64,000 nucleotides of DNA from Eledone cirrhosa (taxonomy: Eukaryota): assembly GCA_964016885.1 (NCBI GenBank), contig OZ024740.1:223696001-223760000 (forward strand). Reading direction: 5' to 3'. The translations under genes were made by a program, and so were the position numbers. Under the pieces are notes generated by a model that saw only the letters and a program-made list of their open reading frames with translations, was not told the origin of the DNA and made no database searches. This document shows, in pieces, positions 1 through 12,282 of this stretch; positions within the stretch are counted from its first letter, which is position 1; each line of letters starts with the position of its first letter.

Positions 1-1476
1 TCTGGAGTTTGTGTTATGCGTGTTCGTGTGTGCTTCACAGAGGCTTTCATCTATATATTCTACGCTATCTAAGTGGCCTGCCTTGTCTAATGCGGTATTG
101 TAGTATTCTGCATGTTCTTCGAAGATTTGCCGGTTAGATGAGAGGCGGGAGATCCTAAGGGATATGCTGCGTGGAATGGATTTAATTATTGATAGTGGGT
201 GGTTTGAGTTACAGTTGATGTATGCTAAGTTTTCATTAATCTTGTGAAAAGGTCTTATAAGTCCCGCATTTAGGTTAAGCGTCACATCTAGAAAGTTAAC
301 TGTTTTAGTGCTATACTCGTACGTTATGCTAAGGTCTAGTTTTCCGAGAGTCTTTCTAATATTCTTACGGAGTCTTTCTATGCTCTGGTTATTTAGGTTC
401 TTAACTAGGAGAAGGGCGTCGTCTCTGTAGATTCCACCGTGAAGGTCGCTAAACTCGCTTTGTAAACTATGGGCTATGTAAATACCTACTAAGTCTGTGA
501 CTTGAGCCGAGTCGTTAGCCCCCATCGTGATGTCAAAGTTATTTAATCTATCCTTACGTTCCCAATAGGCGTTTTCAAATTTAATTATTGTTTTCCTAGC
601 AGCTAATATGATTTTTATCTCGTCGTCTGTTATGTCAGAATTGGCTTTGGCGAATGCTAAGTCTTTATCCAAGGTGTTGGGGGATATAGATGAGTAATGA
701 TCGTTAATGTCAAATTGTATAAATTTAGATACTTCTTTGTTAGCTATATTGTTAAACGATTTAATTGTTTCGGTAGCGTTACCCCATAGTTTAATCACTA
801 GTTTATTCTTCATTTGTGCTATCACTCTGTCTAATATATGTTTACTAATTTTCCCGATGTCCGATTTCGATGGGCATATAAGTCTAATAGTGGGGTTATA
901 ATCAAAATTTACCTTGTGGTCTTTGAGGTTAAATGTGGGAGTACATGGCTTAAGTGCCTCCGTTCTGTCGTCTATTCCTAGGTGTTTGACTATATTGTGT
1001 GCCTCGCTGTTGATGTTTATCAGTGCCGCCTCATTTGTTTTTTTGTATTTCCTATGTAATTCTTTCCGTATGAAGCTATTGTATGTATTAACATCCATCG
1101 TATACACATTTGATGTTTTGTCCGCTTTGACAATAATTCCATTGGTGGTTCGCAGCTTTTTTATGAACGTATTTATGTCATTCTGGAGTTTATTATTCCT
1201 CCGCTTTTTGAATTTGATATTCATAATCATCTTCAGTAAGTCCTGTTCAAAGGCATCCAGTTGAGGGCTGGTAGGTGAGTTTTTACACGATTTGAAGCCG
1301 TATGTTTCCCTGTTATATTCCACGGTGCGACCATTACGTCCTTTGTCGAAATGGAAAGTTTTCCATCTAACTCTGCGTATAAAGTCGTTTGTTCGCTGTA
1401 TCATCCCGAGAGTATAATCCTTTCTCCGAGGTATAGGAATGTTCTTTAGGGACATACCTATGTAATGCTTTTCCAT
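1..1476 (-). CDS. Naiad-type Penelope-like retroelement polyprotein, N-terminus + reverse transcriptase (runs off the window edge)
   Basis: Manual translation gives 492 codons with no stop from ATG at 1476: MEKHYIGMSLKNIPIP..RRVRWK..YGFKS..ADKTSNVY..KDHK..IRLICPSKSDIGKISK..IQFDINDHYSSI..FDITMGANDSAQVTDLVG..GGIYRDDAL..VNFLDVTLNL..SNHP. Absent from the ORF track because no stop lies in the window. Confidence 0.93.
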   Translation of the reverse strand, partial: MEKHYIGMSLKNIPIPRRKDYTLGMIQRTNDFIRRVRWKTFHFDKGRNGRTVEYNRETYGFKSCKNSPTSPQLDAFEQDLLKMIMNIKFKKRRNNKLQNDINTFIKKLRTTNGIIVKADKTSNVYTMDVNTYNSFIRKELHRKYKKTNEAALININSEAHNIVKHLGIDDRTEALKPCTPTFNLKDHKVNFDYNPTIRLICPSKSDIGKISKHILDRVIAQMKNKLVIKLWGNATETIKSFNNIANKEVSKFIQFDINDHYSSISPNTLDKDLAFAKANSDITDDEIKIILAARKTIIKFENAYWERKDRLNNFDITMGANDSAQVTDLVGIYIAHSLQSEFSDLHGGIYRDDALLLVKNLNNQSIERLRKNIRKTLGKLDLSITYEYSTKTVNFLDVTLNLNAGLIRPFHKINENLAYINCNSNHPLSIIKSIPRSISLRISRLSSNRQIFEEHAEYYNTALDKAGHLDSVEYIDESLCEAHTNTHNTNSR

Positions 1477-1706
1477 AGTAGTACCGTATGTTTAGGTGGT
1501 TGCTCGACCGATAAGGAGCCTGTAGTTAGAGAAGCAAAAATTGCTTATTGTGATCCAGTTCGTAGTTAAGAAAGCCAGTTTCATGGATGGTTTCAACGTA
1601 CGGTTAGGGGTAACTCCACAAGTTTGTAAGAATTCCGTTCAATCTTGGAGTATAAAGTATAAAAGAGAAAACACAGGTAAGCATTAAGAGAAGGATTTAA
1701 TCCAGG

Positions 1707-1808
1707 TATTTACGACCGTTTCATTGGTAAGTGCAACCTTATATTGCTATACTGCAAATAGCAGCCACTCAATTATAATTGTTGTTCACAGTCCAAATTT
1801 TCAAAATA
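1707..1808 (-). ncRNA. Type I hammerhead-like motif (U3:A8 core, extended helix II) upstream of the Naiad ORF
   Basis: Minus strand TATT-TTGAAAA-TTTGG...CCAAT-GAAA-CGGTCG-T-A-AATA; same sense as the ORF; helix I only 4 bp. Confidence 0.55.
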
Positions 1809-1885
1809 GTGAGTTACTCTTGAAATAATTCTTAATATATAATATATATGCATATTGGAAAATATGCAGAATACTTGGTACAGTT

Positions 1886-2218
1886 AGGTATTTAAAAAAA
1901 AAAGGTAAAGAATGACTTCACTTGTAGTTCTAAATAATTTGATTTAATTTTATATTATCATTTGGTAGATCTAGTAAGTTCTTTGTTAACTTCAGTGGGA
2001 GATTTTAAAAAATCCCTGGTTAATTTTCCTGGAGAAATTTCTCGCATTCGTCGGTGGTGATTGTCAAATTGAGATCAAAGTTAACCAGCAATCTTTTAAA
2101 ATCTTCCTACCGAACTTAACAAAGAACTTACTAGATCTACCAAATCATAATATTATAAAATTAAATCAAATTGTTTAAAACTACAAGTGAACTCGTTCTT
2201 TTTCTTTTTTATAAAATA
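1886..2218. repeat. ~120 bp imperfect inverted repeat (1886-2011 / 2094-2218)
   Basis: cacttgtagtt..atttggtagatctagtaagttctttgttaa mirrors ttaacaaagaacttactagatctaccaaat..aactacaagtg. Confidence 0.8.
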
Positions 2219-2818
2219 CTAGCAGTGGTACCCGGCGTTGCACGGGATAAGGTATTTTGGAAGGCGGGTCGCCAACAGACCTAATCGTGGAAACAGTGTA
2301 TACCTGGACAATATGTAAAGAAAATAAACCGAATACTCTGATGGCTGGATAATCTTTAAGATTTTCCTCGATGAAGCAGGAAAAATACAGGTTTTCAACT
2401 AATGTGGACCCTAGGGGATCAAGAAAATGAATGTTTTTTTATGTGCATAATATGCCTTGAAATTTCGGGAAAACGGCTAGGCGTAGCGCCTCGAAAATGC
2501 CCTAAAAAGCTGAAAAAATGAAGTATTTCACTTAATGCGGGCCCTAGGCCATAAAAAAGTAGGATTTTCTTTGCTCACGGCATGAAGGAGAGACTGACTA
2601 ATACATAGTTACAATTTCAAGGAAATCGGTCTGATGTTACGCCTCAAAAAAAACCTAAAATGCTGAAGTAGTTACACAGCTTGTCATGCTATATGCAAAT
2701 TGGTAGTTATTAATTTGCAGATACTCAATTTTCAAATGCTGTTCGTACCACCAATTCTTCAGAACTAATGGCTGAATCATGGTTTCCTTATATTTCTTAA
2801 ATGGAGTAAAGTCGAAAA

Positions 2819-2870
<52 letters not shown>

Positions 2871-3284
2871 TAGGGGTAGGAGAAATGGGAGAGAGTGGTT
2901 TGAAGAATACAGATAGCTTAATCTAAATGTTGTGTTGATATTATCAAGTTTGGAATTATTTATTGCCACAGAGAGCAGGTTAATAGATGTAGAGAAGAAA
3001 GGAGATAGACAGAGAGCGAGAGAGAGAGTGGAAGAGAGAGAGAGAGGGGGAACAGAAAAAAAGTTAAGAGAAGTGGAAGGAAAGACGATATACACAGAGT
3101 TGATAGTTGTAGTTTGCTGATCGTACTTAAGTATCCATTTATTACGATAAGCAAGGTACTGGTTAATAGTGTGTGTGTGGGGGGGGGATATAGTTAGGAA
3201 GTAAGTATTGAGTGAAATTAGTTAGCGAGAAAGTGGTGTAGTAGTCTCGGGTTCAAATTATGTTAAGTTACTTTTATAGTGAGA
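2219..3284 (-). mobile_element. Non-autonomous Helitron-like element
   Basis: Minus-strand 3' end CCCGTGCAACGCCGGG hairpin + CTAG|T at 2219, same terminus as at 44371-44400; 5' boundary (TCTCACTATAAAAG) tentative. Confidence 0.6.
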
Positions 3285-3295
3285 ACATTTAGCCT

Positions 3296-3700
3296 TTAGC
3301 TTCTGGTTGCAGTATAACGATCGTTCGATTCTGTCATTTAGTAAATTGTTTTTAGATTTCAAAATATAAAAAAGTTCAAGGTTGCATAATCTGCAGTATT
3401 TTAATCCACTCCGATATGCACTAGTGCTGGATAATTTATCCTATTTTAGGGTGAACTGCCGGTTGTATTCACGGAGTTGCCAGGTCTTATTAGCGTGTGT
3501 AATTACATAACGGTGTTCAGGATGTTCAATCGAAAATCGATGACGATACCAGCGTGATTTAAACGAGGTAGTGGTAGACCCGACTTAATACCATTTCCGG
3601 TCGTTTGACTCGACAGTGCATTGATAAACAATGTTGGACTCCAGGCATTTATTCTTCAATGAGTATCTCTCCGGTAAGTGGCAATTACAGTTTTTGTTAT
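3296..3700 (-). pseudogene. Decayed Naiad PLE GIY-YIG endonuclease fragment
   Basis: NCNCHLPERYSLKNKCLESNIVYQCTV..WY*VGSTTTSFKSRWYRH..CRLCNLE..NLLNDR; two in-frame stops; colinear with the EN domain at 62250-62600. Confidence 0.85.
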
Positions 3701-4030
3701 GGGTAACAACTGAACCAGGGATAGTATGTGATAACAGTACAGGTGGGTTGTGTAATACTTACTAAATGACAGAATCGAACGATCGGATACATTTTCCCAA
3801 CTTGTAGAAAACTTATAATGAAACAATTGTTTGGAAAGATAGATATATTTTAATTTTAATTATATCTCATATAAAATAATACAACTGGCTTTCCACAAAA
3901 TACATATAGTTAGCACCCCAAACACAAAATTGGGATTATACTAAGGTATTTCCTAATGTTTGTTGAGTGAGATGGTAGCCAGTCAGAGTTTAGCTTAAAG
4001 CTATCTCTGTTATTGTATTAAAAAATTATA

Positions 4031-4059
<29 letters not shown>

Positions 4060-4061
<2 letters not shown>

Positions 4062-5298
4062 GAATCTATGGTAGAACTAGAGAATAAATTCCAAACCTGG
4101 AAGCAGGGACTAGAGAGACAGGGCCTCAAAGTCAACATGACAAAGACTAAGGTCCTTGTAAGTAGACGAGAAAACAGAACCCAGATCCCCTCAGGGAAAT
4201 GGCCTTGCTCAGTATGTAGGAAAGGTGTAGGGAGGAACTCCATTCTCTGCCCCAAATGCAAACAATGGGTACACAAGAGATGTAGCGGGATCTCAGGAAG
4301 CTTAATTAAGAATGTAGGATTCACATGCAGCAGCTGTGCTGAAACAGCAAGCAAACAGCCACAGGAAACAAGTACCACCAATCTCTGGGAGGGCCCTGTA
4401 GAAACAGTAGACAGCTTCTGCTACCTAGGTGACCGAATTAGCAACGGAGGTGGGTGCTCAGAAAGTACAATAACTAGGGTAAGAACGGGATGGAAGAAGT
4501 TTAGGGAACTACTACCACTGCTAGCTGCAAAAGGCTTCTCCCTCAGAATGAAAGGCAGACTGTATGATGCGTGTATCCGAACAGCGATGTTGCATGGTAG
4601 TGAGACCTGGGCGCTGAAGGTGGAAGACTTACGTAGATTAGAGAGAAACGAAGCCTGCATGCTCCGATAGATGTGTAACAGTAATATACGTGAACGACAA
4701 AGCATAAAGGAATTGAGAGAGAGACTGAGCATAAGAGGAATCAAATGCTGTGTGCAGGAGAGGCAGTTACGCTGGTATGGACATGTGATGCGTATGAAGG
4801 ATGACAGCTGCATAAAAAGGTGCAGAGCACTAGAAGTTGATGGAAACCCCGGAGTGGGGAGACCCAAGATGACTTGGGATGAGGTGATAAAAGCCGACCT
4901 TACCCAACTACACCTCTCAAAGACAATGACACACGACCGTGACTTCTGGCATCACGCAGTAATACAGGGTACCCGACCTCCCATGGGTACATGCTGAAGC
5001 ATATAAACAATATGCCCCCACTCCCCCCACCGCAAGGTGGTCGTGGAGGTGCCAAGGCAAAAAAAGCACCCAGCCCACACTGTAAAGTGGACGTGTAGGT
5101 GCCACGAAAAAGCACCCAGCACTCACTGTAAATGAGGTTGGTGTTAGGAAGGGCATCCAGCTGTAGAAATCAAGCCAAAATCAGTTCCTGTATGAGCAAG
5201 GCATGGTCAGCTGACCAGACACTGCCCACAACAGGACAACCCGTCTAACCCATGCTAGCATGGAAGAACGGACGTAAAACGGTGATGATGATGATGAT
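4060..5298 (+). mobile_element. 5'-truncated RTE-clade LINE (RT C-terminus, Cys-rich insert, 3' UTR, (GAT)n tail)
   Basis: GLKVNMTKTK..WPCSVCRKGVGRNSILC..FCYLGD..MLHGSETW..MLR*MC (TGG>TAG at 4668)..QLRWYGHV..GRPKMTW; ORFs 4068-4670 and 4671-4997 are one frame. Confidence 0.9.
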
Positions 5299-5346
<48 letters not shown>

Positions 5347-5357
5347 ATATATATATA

Positions 5358-5395
<38 letters not shown>

Positions 5396-5989
5396 AATAT
5401 AAGATCAAAAGATGGTTAAAGGAGTTCCATATATTTTATTATGCGCATTTCAATTGTACTACAATAAAACTCACCTCCTACATATATATATATTGTAAAT
5501 ATACTCTAATATACTTTAATATTGTAAATATACTCCAAATATTTGTCGAGTGCTTTTATATCAGTTATAAATATTTACTAGTTGTAACCCAACAATTTTA
5601 AATATAACTTTACATGTATATATATATATATGAATGTATGTATAGCATATTTGGCAATATACCGTATGTTTAATTAAAAACATTTAGAAGACCATACGCT
5701 ATCAGTTTTAAAGTAGTGACTATGTCACATATATATATATATATCATGAAAATAAGGTAGAAGTGAACATATTCTTTCCATTTTTTCACATCTTCTTTTG
5801 TGAACTCTCAATGAAATGCATGAAAATACAAGTACTGCTCATGAAAATGTAAATAAAAGCCAACAGAACTAAAATTGAAATAATTAGATATAATGCTAAG
5901 TGTATTGATCTTGGCCAAGGGTTCTCCATCAAACAAATTAATTAATGAGACCCTGTAGAACTGAGGCTTTCTGAGAACTTTGGGGTAAA

Positions 5990-8390
5990 TACAGTGAACA
6001 AAAAATGAATACTTTCGTGCCTACACACTTATTAGGGACCAGCTGAACCAGATTTTCCCAGAGGAGATGAAAGAAGAAGAAATAAAAGGATACTAGCCAC
6101 ACAGGACCCACAGAAGCCCAGAAGTCTCTGAGGGCCACTGAGTGTGAGATGGCTTGTGACGCAGAAAACATTAGTAAAGATGACAAAGAAAATGAAACAC
6201 TTAAAGGCAGTAAAGGTAAACTAAAGAACCACCAGGCAGACCCCAATAAGAAGAAAAATGCAAATAAATAAATAGAAGACAACCAGTGGATAAATGCTAA
6301 AGTGAAGAAGACTAGAAAAAGAAAAACAGCAACACTGGGTCAAAGAAAGCCCAAGTACGCTGTAAGTTCTACAAGAAAGGAACCTGCTGGGATGGGGAAG
6401 CTGGGCCCAAATGCAGTTTTGTAAATTTGTGAAGATGTTACATAATTGTCCTGTTGTCACATTCCAACTCAGTTTCTGACACACTAATAGTACATGCAAA
6501 GCAACTCAAAATGGTAATATGTGTCACATATCAGCCACCAAACACACCTAGTCATGAAGGTAAGTTGGAAGATAGCCTCAGAAAAATGGAAAAAGTCCTT
6601 AACAAACTGGATCAGAGTCTCAACATACTGCTGCTAGGAGACATTAGCCTTCCAAAGGTCAAATGGATTGACGGCCCCCTCCTCTCAGGAATGACTGCAC
6701 TTGAACAGAGACAGACAAACAGAATCCCTGCTGGACCTCACAAACAGGCTGTTCATCGAGTAGTACTTCACCCAACAAGAGGTGAGAATGTCCTTGATTT
6801 CTGCTTTACAAATAATATAGTGCTCATCCATAATGTAAAGGTAACACCCCTAATTTTCTCGGATCATAACACTTGTAGACCTAATGATATATTATCTGAG
6901 GGATTCAATAGAGAGGCAACCAACAAGGGTCACCGGAAATCTATCCAGGTCCAAATTTCATAAGGCTAAATGGAAAGGATCCAGGAAGATATACTGAAGC
7001 AAAACTGGAGAGACAACATCTCTATACAAGACATCAACATTTATTGATAACAATACAAACCATATGCCAGAAGTTTGTCCCGGAAAAAAAGAGGACAACA
7101 GACACAACAAAATTATTCCCAGAGACAGTAAAATCCTAATGAGATGAAGATAAAAGATCTTACACCTGCTAAATGCACAGCAGAACAGGCATTACTTGAA
7201 ATCGAAACTGCACTCAAACTTTCCCATGAAAAGGAGAGGGCAGAGAGAGAAGCTAGAGCCAGAGAAAATATAAAAACAAACCCTAAGGCCTTATTTAAAT
7301 TTTTGCAAAAGAGACTGCCTTGGTTTACTGCAAGATTGGGCCACATTTCCATAAAATTATCTCACTGACAGAGCACCCTTAAGGGATAAGTGAGGTACTG
7401 AAATAACAGGCACATGCAAATAACAAAACCAGAGGAATTATTTGATGCCACATCACTACACGGAGAAATGGTGACCAGTAAACCATATTGATATAATGGA
7501 GGAAGATGTAATATCAACCATAGCAGAAATGAGAGCAAACTTAGCTGCTGGACCTGATGTATTCCCAGCAATCCTCCTAAAAACATGCAAGCATACATTA
7601 GCAAGACTACTGAAGATCCTCTTCAGAAGTTCTCTGGTGAGCGGTAAACTACCCAGAGTTCTAAAGTATGCCCTATCCATAAAGAAGAAATTAGAGCAGA
7701 GGTTTAAATCTATAGGCTGGTTTCCTCGACCTCACATATCAACATATCAGTTAAGTCGTGGAATGAATCATCAGAAAGAAACTGACCATGGTCCTAGAGG
7801 AAAACTACCTCCTAACTAGCACTCAGCAATGCTTTCACTCAGGGGGGGGGAAGAGCTGCATTACACAGATTTTACAACACTACGGCTGGGTACTGAAACA
7901 GCTGCTGGACCAATCAAATATGGACATAATATATCTTGACTTAGCAAAGACCTTCCACAAGGTCAACCATGGAATGATATGTCACAAACTACATAGATTT
8001 TGCATAGCTGGAAAAATAAGTGAGTGGCTGCATGACTTTTTAAAAGACAGAAGCCAGACTGTTGCAGCCAATGGGGTCCTCTCAAAGAAAACATCAATAA
8101 AATGTGGGGTGCCCAGGAGTCTGTCTTGGGACTACTACTGTTTTTGGTGGCTCTTTCAGACATGCCCTGTATAGTACATATAACATTCCTCACTCGTTAT
8201 GCTGATGACACAAAGGAAACACAGGCAATCAAGAACCCGGGTACTGCTACTCTTTTACAAAAAGGTCTTGATGCCATATACAAATGGAATGAGGACAACA
8301 TGTCATTTTATGCTGGAACATTTCAAGCCCTATGATATCAACCTGCTAACACAAAGACAGTACAACAAAGCTACACTCGACCAGGAGGGG
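5990..8390 (+). mobile_element. Degenerate CR1/L2-group LINE (APE endonuclease + RT, many frameshifts)
   Basis: VICVTYQPPN..ILLLGDISLP..PTRGENVLDFCFTNN..SDHN; AAGPDVFP..DIIYLDLAKTFHKVNHG..GAQESVLG..YADDTK. Confidence 0.85.
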
Positions 8391-8399
8391 TCGAAGGTT

Positions 8400-9720
8400 C
8401 TTATGTTGCTGTGCTTTTTGATGTCAGTAATGTCATTAATATAGATGATGAAAAGAAGTGGGCCCAACACAGCGCCTTGCAGAATGCCACTACTGAATTT
8501 GGCTGGGCTTGATTTTACTCCTCGACTACAGCATGTTGGGCTCTGTCAGGAAACATTTAATCCATTGCAGTAACTTTTCAGAGACACCACTGCTGGATTG
8601 TTTCTAATAGAATCTTGTGATCAGCCCTGTCAAAGGCCTTGCTTAAATCAAGGTAGATGACATCAGTGTTGGTGCCCTCTCCCAAAGATCTCAAAATGTC
8701 ATCAAAGTGATGCAGGAGCTGCGTTATATAGTTCCTTCCATTATGGAACCCATGTTGGTTGGAGTTCAGCACTCTGTTGCTTTCAAGAAAGTGGGTTATT
8801 CGTGATCTTACAACCCTCTACAATACCTTGATGATATTAGAGGTGAGTGAGATCGGACGGCAGTTCGTTGCAAGGGACTTGTTTCCCTTTGTGAAAACTG
8901 GGACAACAGTCTGAGACAGAAAGTTTTCAGGAATATAGCCAGCATCCAGTGGGTTCCTCCTCAGATTAGTAAGAGGAGATGCAAGTCGGTGTTGACACAT
9001 CTTCATTACACAAACAGGGAACATATCGGGCTTACTATTGAATTGTGTTTAATTTCGTTTATTGCCGCTAAGACATCAGGGGCAACAAACGTTATGTCCG
9101 ATATAATGTGTTGGGGATTAACATCACTGATACAGCCCAGATCAGCCATATCAGGATTGCTGAAAACAGACCAGCATTGTTTCTGCAGTATCTCACCCAT
9201 GGTTTTGGCATTGTCTTGGAGTGTGCCATTTTCATCAATTAGAAGGCCAACAGGGGAGATGGTGACCTTGTGTTTTTTTGCAAATGAAACGTACACTTTG
9301 GGGTTGAGTTTGATTTTCAAAATGGCCCATTTCCTCTCGGCTGGTTTTTGGTTATTGATGATGGTCTTCATGCATTGCTGGAGGTTATATTTTTTTATTC
9401 GAGCAGTGCGATAGCCGTCAAATGTGAGTGTTGCAGTTGGCAGTATTTTAGTTTGTTAATTTTTTTGTTTGTTCTTTTTATTTTTCTGATATTAGTTTTT
9501 TCTGTTTTGGGGGATTCTGCACTTGGTTTAGTTCACAGGTCTTAGTGGGGTGTGTTTTACACATATGTTTCTGACAGTGTCTACAAAGATCTGCCAAGAT
9601 GTTTTGATGTTGGTGGAGATGTGTGCGTGTGTAAAAGACCATTCAATATGTAATAGCTTGATGATTGCATCCCAGTTGGCATTATAGAGATACTTGTGTG
9701 TCAGGTCATCAGTTGGTGCT
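8400..9720 (-). mobile_element. Second degenerate CR1-like LINE fragment, opposite orientation
   Basis: YNANW..NPKVYVSFAK..VVPVFTKGNKSLATNCRPISLTS..NQHGFHNGR..DVIYLDLSKAFDRADH..QGAVLGPLLFIIYIND. Confidence 0.85.
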
Positions 9721-9740
9721 ACTGGTAACATGTATCCCAG

Positions 9741-10310
9741 TACAACCTGTCCCATGGTCGGGTCGTTGGCGACTAAACTGGCAACCCCACCAAGGTTTCT
9801 TGGTGAGGAGGGTGACTTTGGACATCCTGCAGGACTAAAAACAAAACCTGTCAAAGGGCAAAGGAGCTCTTAAGAGTCAATGGCCATTCAAAATCACCGG
9901 GTGAGATGACCCCTTAGCCTTTGTCAAGGCAGAATTCTAGGAGAAGGAAAACTCTGATATAACACCTGCAACCCTGATGGTTTCCAATGATGTTGACTTG
10001 TTCTTCTTTTTGGTAAATATCATCTTGGTTAAGAGAGTGGGACTGGCTTTGTGCAGTGCCTTTGCTCACTATAAAAGCTTCACGGCACAGGCATTGCTTT
10101 ATATCTGGAGATCTCTCTGCACTTGTCATCACATGGTACCATGGGCCCAGCACTATGTGTCAATAATTGTCACAAGTGTAGTGTTTGTACCAGAGTTTTC
10201 AAGTCGCTGGCTGGACTAAAAAGTCACACTCGTTCAGCGCATCGGTAGGGGTTCTCCTACATGGATATAAAGTAGTGGCCGTACTCGAAAACGAGTTGGC
10301 AGCCACCATG
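9741..10310 (+). mobile_element. Interspersed repeat resembling an RTE 5' UTR; partial copy at 14252-14410
   Basis: acaacctgtcccatggtcgggtcgttggcgactaaactggcaaccccacc..gtgaggaggg occurs at both loci. Confidence 0.5.
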
Positions 10311-10350
10311 TATATATATATACATGTATTTATATGCGTGTCTGTTTATG

Positions 10351-10414
<64 letters not shown>

Positions 10415-10503
10415 TCTATTTATATGTGTGTCTGTTTATGTATGCATATATATATATATTAATACAAAATGAAAACCAGTTATTATTTAAATTCCATCTG
10501 TAA

Positions 10504-10631
10504 TTTCTACAATTGTTTCTATGGAGATACATGTAGTGCCAGTACATAGAATTAATCAATTAATCAGTCAAATAATTCATAATGAATTATTTAAATGGCA
10601 CTCAAGCAAACATATCTATTTCTTCAGGAAA
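10504..10631 (-). ncRNA. Type I hammerhead ribozyme with long helix II
   Basis: TTTC-CTGAAGA-[long hairpin including AGTGCCA/TGGCACT]-GAAA-CAATTG-T-A-GAAA; palindromic helix III ACAATTGT. Confidence 0.75.
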
Positions 10632-12049
10632 AATATTTATATTGAGTTACTTAGCGTATCCAGAAGTATAAAAAATATAAGCTAGCTTTCAAAAAGAAAA
10701 TGAACACATAAAGGATATTGAGCAAGTGATTTGCATAATTAGGGAAAAGTGTATTAATATAAGCATTAAAGGTGAAGTTGCACAGTAGAGCATCCTACTG
10801 TGAAAAACTGACGTGTGTAGATTTAAAATATGTGTCTATTCAGAATTATATTTTTAAATTATTTGTACACATGAACATTCTAGTATACTACTTAAGTTCA
10901 TTACAATATTTTACTCACACCAAATTATATAAAATTATATAAAATTCATTTTCTGAATACAATGGCAAGCACATAATGTATAAACAAAAATGTTGTTATA
11001 TGTGCATATTATATATCAATTTTCCTTTATTTTACACATACTACTGGAAGGGAGATGTAAACGTTTTTCTGTCTAGGTGAAATTCTAAATCAAAATTGTC
11101 AAACTACACTTGTTATTACAAAGTTTGTGTAATACAGGTTTAAAAATGCATAGAAAAGCTTCAAATTACATTAATAAATCAACGTTTTCATACATGTTTC
11201 AGAATATATATTACACAAATATTCATGTTTGTAAAATCCTTTGTGTAATTCATGTGTTGTAAAAACAAAAACGTTGCATTATTTTTTTTTATTAAAATTT
11301 CTTTGAGTGTTATGTGTGAAGGAAGCAGATAATTTTCTCGAGGTAAACGAAGAAATATTAACTTAACTTTTTGTAATCTAGCAGAAATAGAGATAAGAAA
11401 ATTGATTTCTTATGCATCTTAAACATATCTTGTTATTTAAATCATCTACTAAATGACAAATTATTTTCTTTAGTGCTGCACTTTAGAATTTTGTTTGAGA
11501 AGAGGGCAAAGTAAAAAATTGCTACTGTCCAGTTTATATGAAACTAAAAAACTAACAGAAATATACTTTTATATTTTGCTAAAGTAGTTATAAAGCCAAA
11601 GTAGTTACCAGAATATTGCTTATTCATTTTTAATATAACTAATTATCCCAAACCGTCATTTGTTGCATGAGGTGTCTCTACAATGGAAATCTCTTTATTA
11701 TAACTAATTCTTCCTTCTCTTCTAATTAATGGGAATATTCACTACTTAAAGAACCATATAAAAATAATGTCATTTTGTGTTTCTATAAATATAGAGACAT
11801 ATATACAGACATAGTAATTGTGTAATTGGCAATGCAAATATGTAATTGGTAGAGAAAATATGGAGAAGACAGTTGTAAAGAAATACTTCTTTTAAGAGTA
11901 TATATAATTAATCAAATTATTTCATTTGTTACTTCTATTTACAATGTCTTCATTTATTGAAATGCTTTTAACAGAAATATTTTTTTAGTTTTTTTTCCCC
12001 TGAATTATAAATTATTTTCATTTACTGTCACTACTAACAAGTTGAAATA

Positions 12050-12225
12050 ATTGTTTCTGATTTAGGCACAAGGCCAAGAATTTTCGGTAGAGGAACGTCA
12101 ATTAAACTGAACACAGTATGTAACTGGTACTTTTGTTTATCGACCCCGGTAGGGATGAAGAGCTCAAATAAAAGTCACAGCATTTTACCCAACGCTCTAA
12201 CAATTCTGCCAATCCAGCGCCCTAA
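12050..12225 (-). mobile_element. SINE family 2 (ggggtcgataaa..gtaccagt domain); other copies ~39435-39655, 43250-43447, 52311-52498, fragments near 16230, 16800, 18050, 38400
   Basis: Repeated ttaggcacaaggcc..actggtact..atcgacccc..gatgaaaggcaaagt..ggatttgaactc (B box on minus strand). Confidence 0.75.
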
Positions 12226-12282
12226 CAAGCTGAATTAACAACATTCCTCGTAACACAATACTCCGTAAAGAAGTAGAATATA

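Noticed and set aside
707-1264. Plus-strand ORFs 707-901 and 914-1264 (likewise 60969-61742 minus)
   Set aside because: Antisense shadows of the Naiad RT frames
4668-4670. In-frame TAG in the RTE ORF as possible readthrough
   Set aside because: Falls at the conserved Trp of MLRWMC; a simple TGG>TAG mutation in a truncated copy
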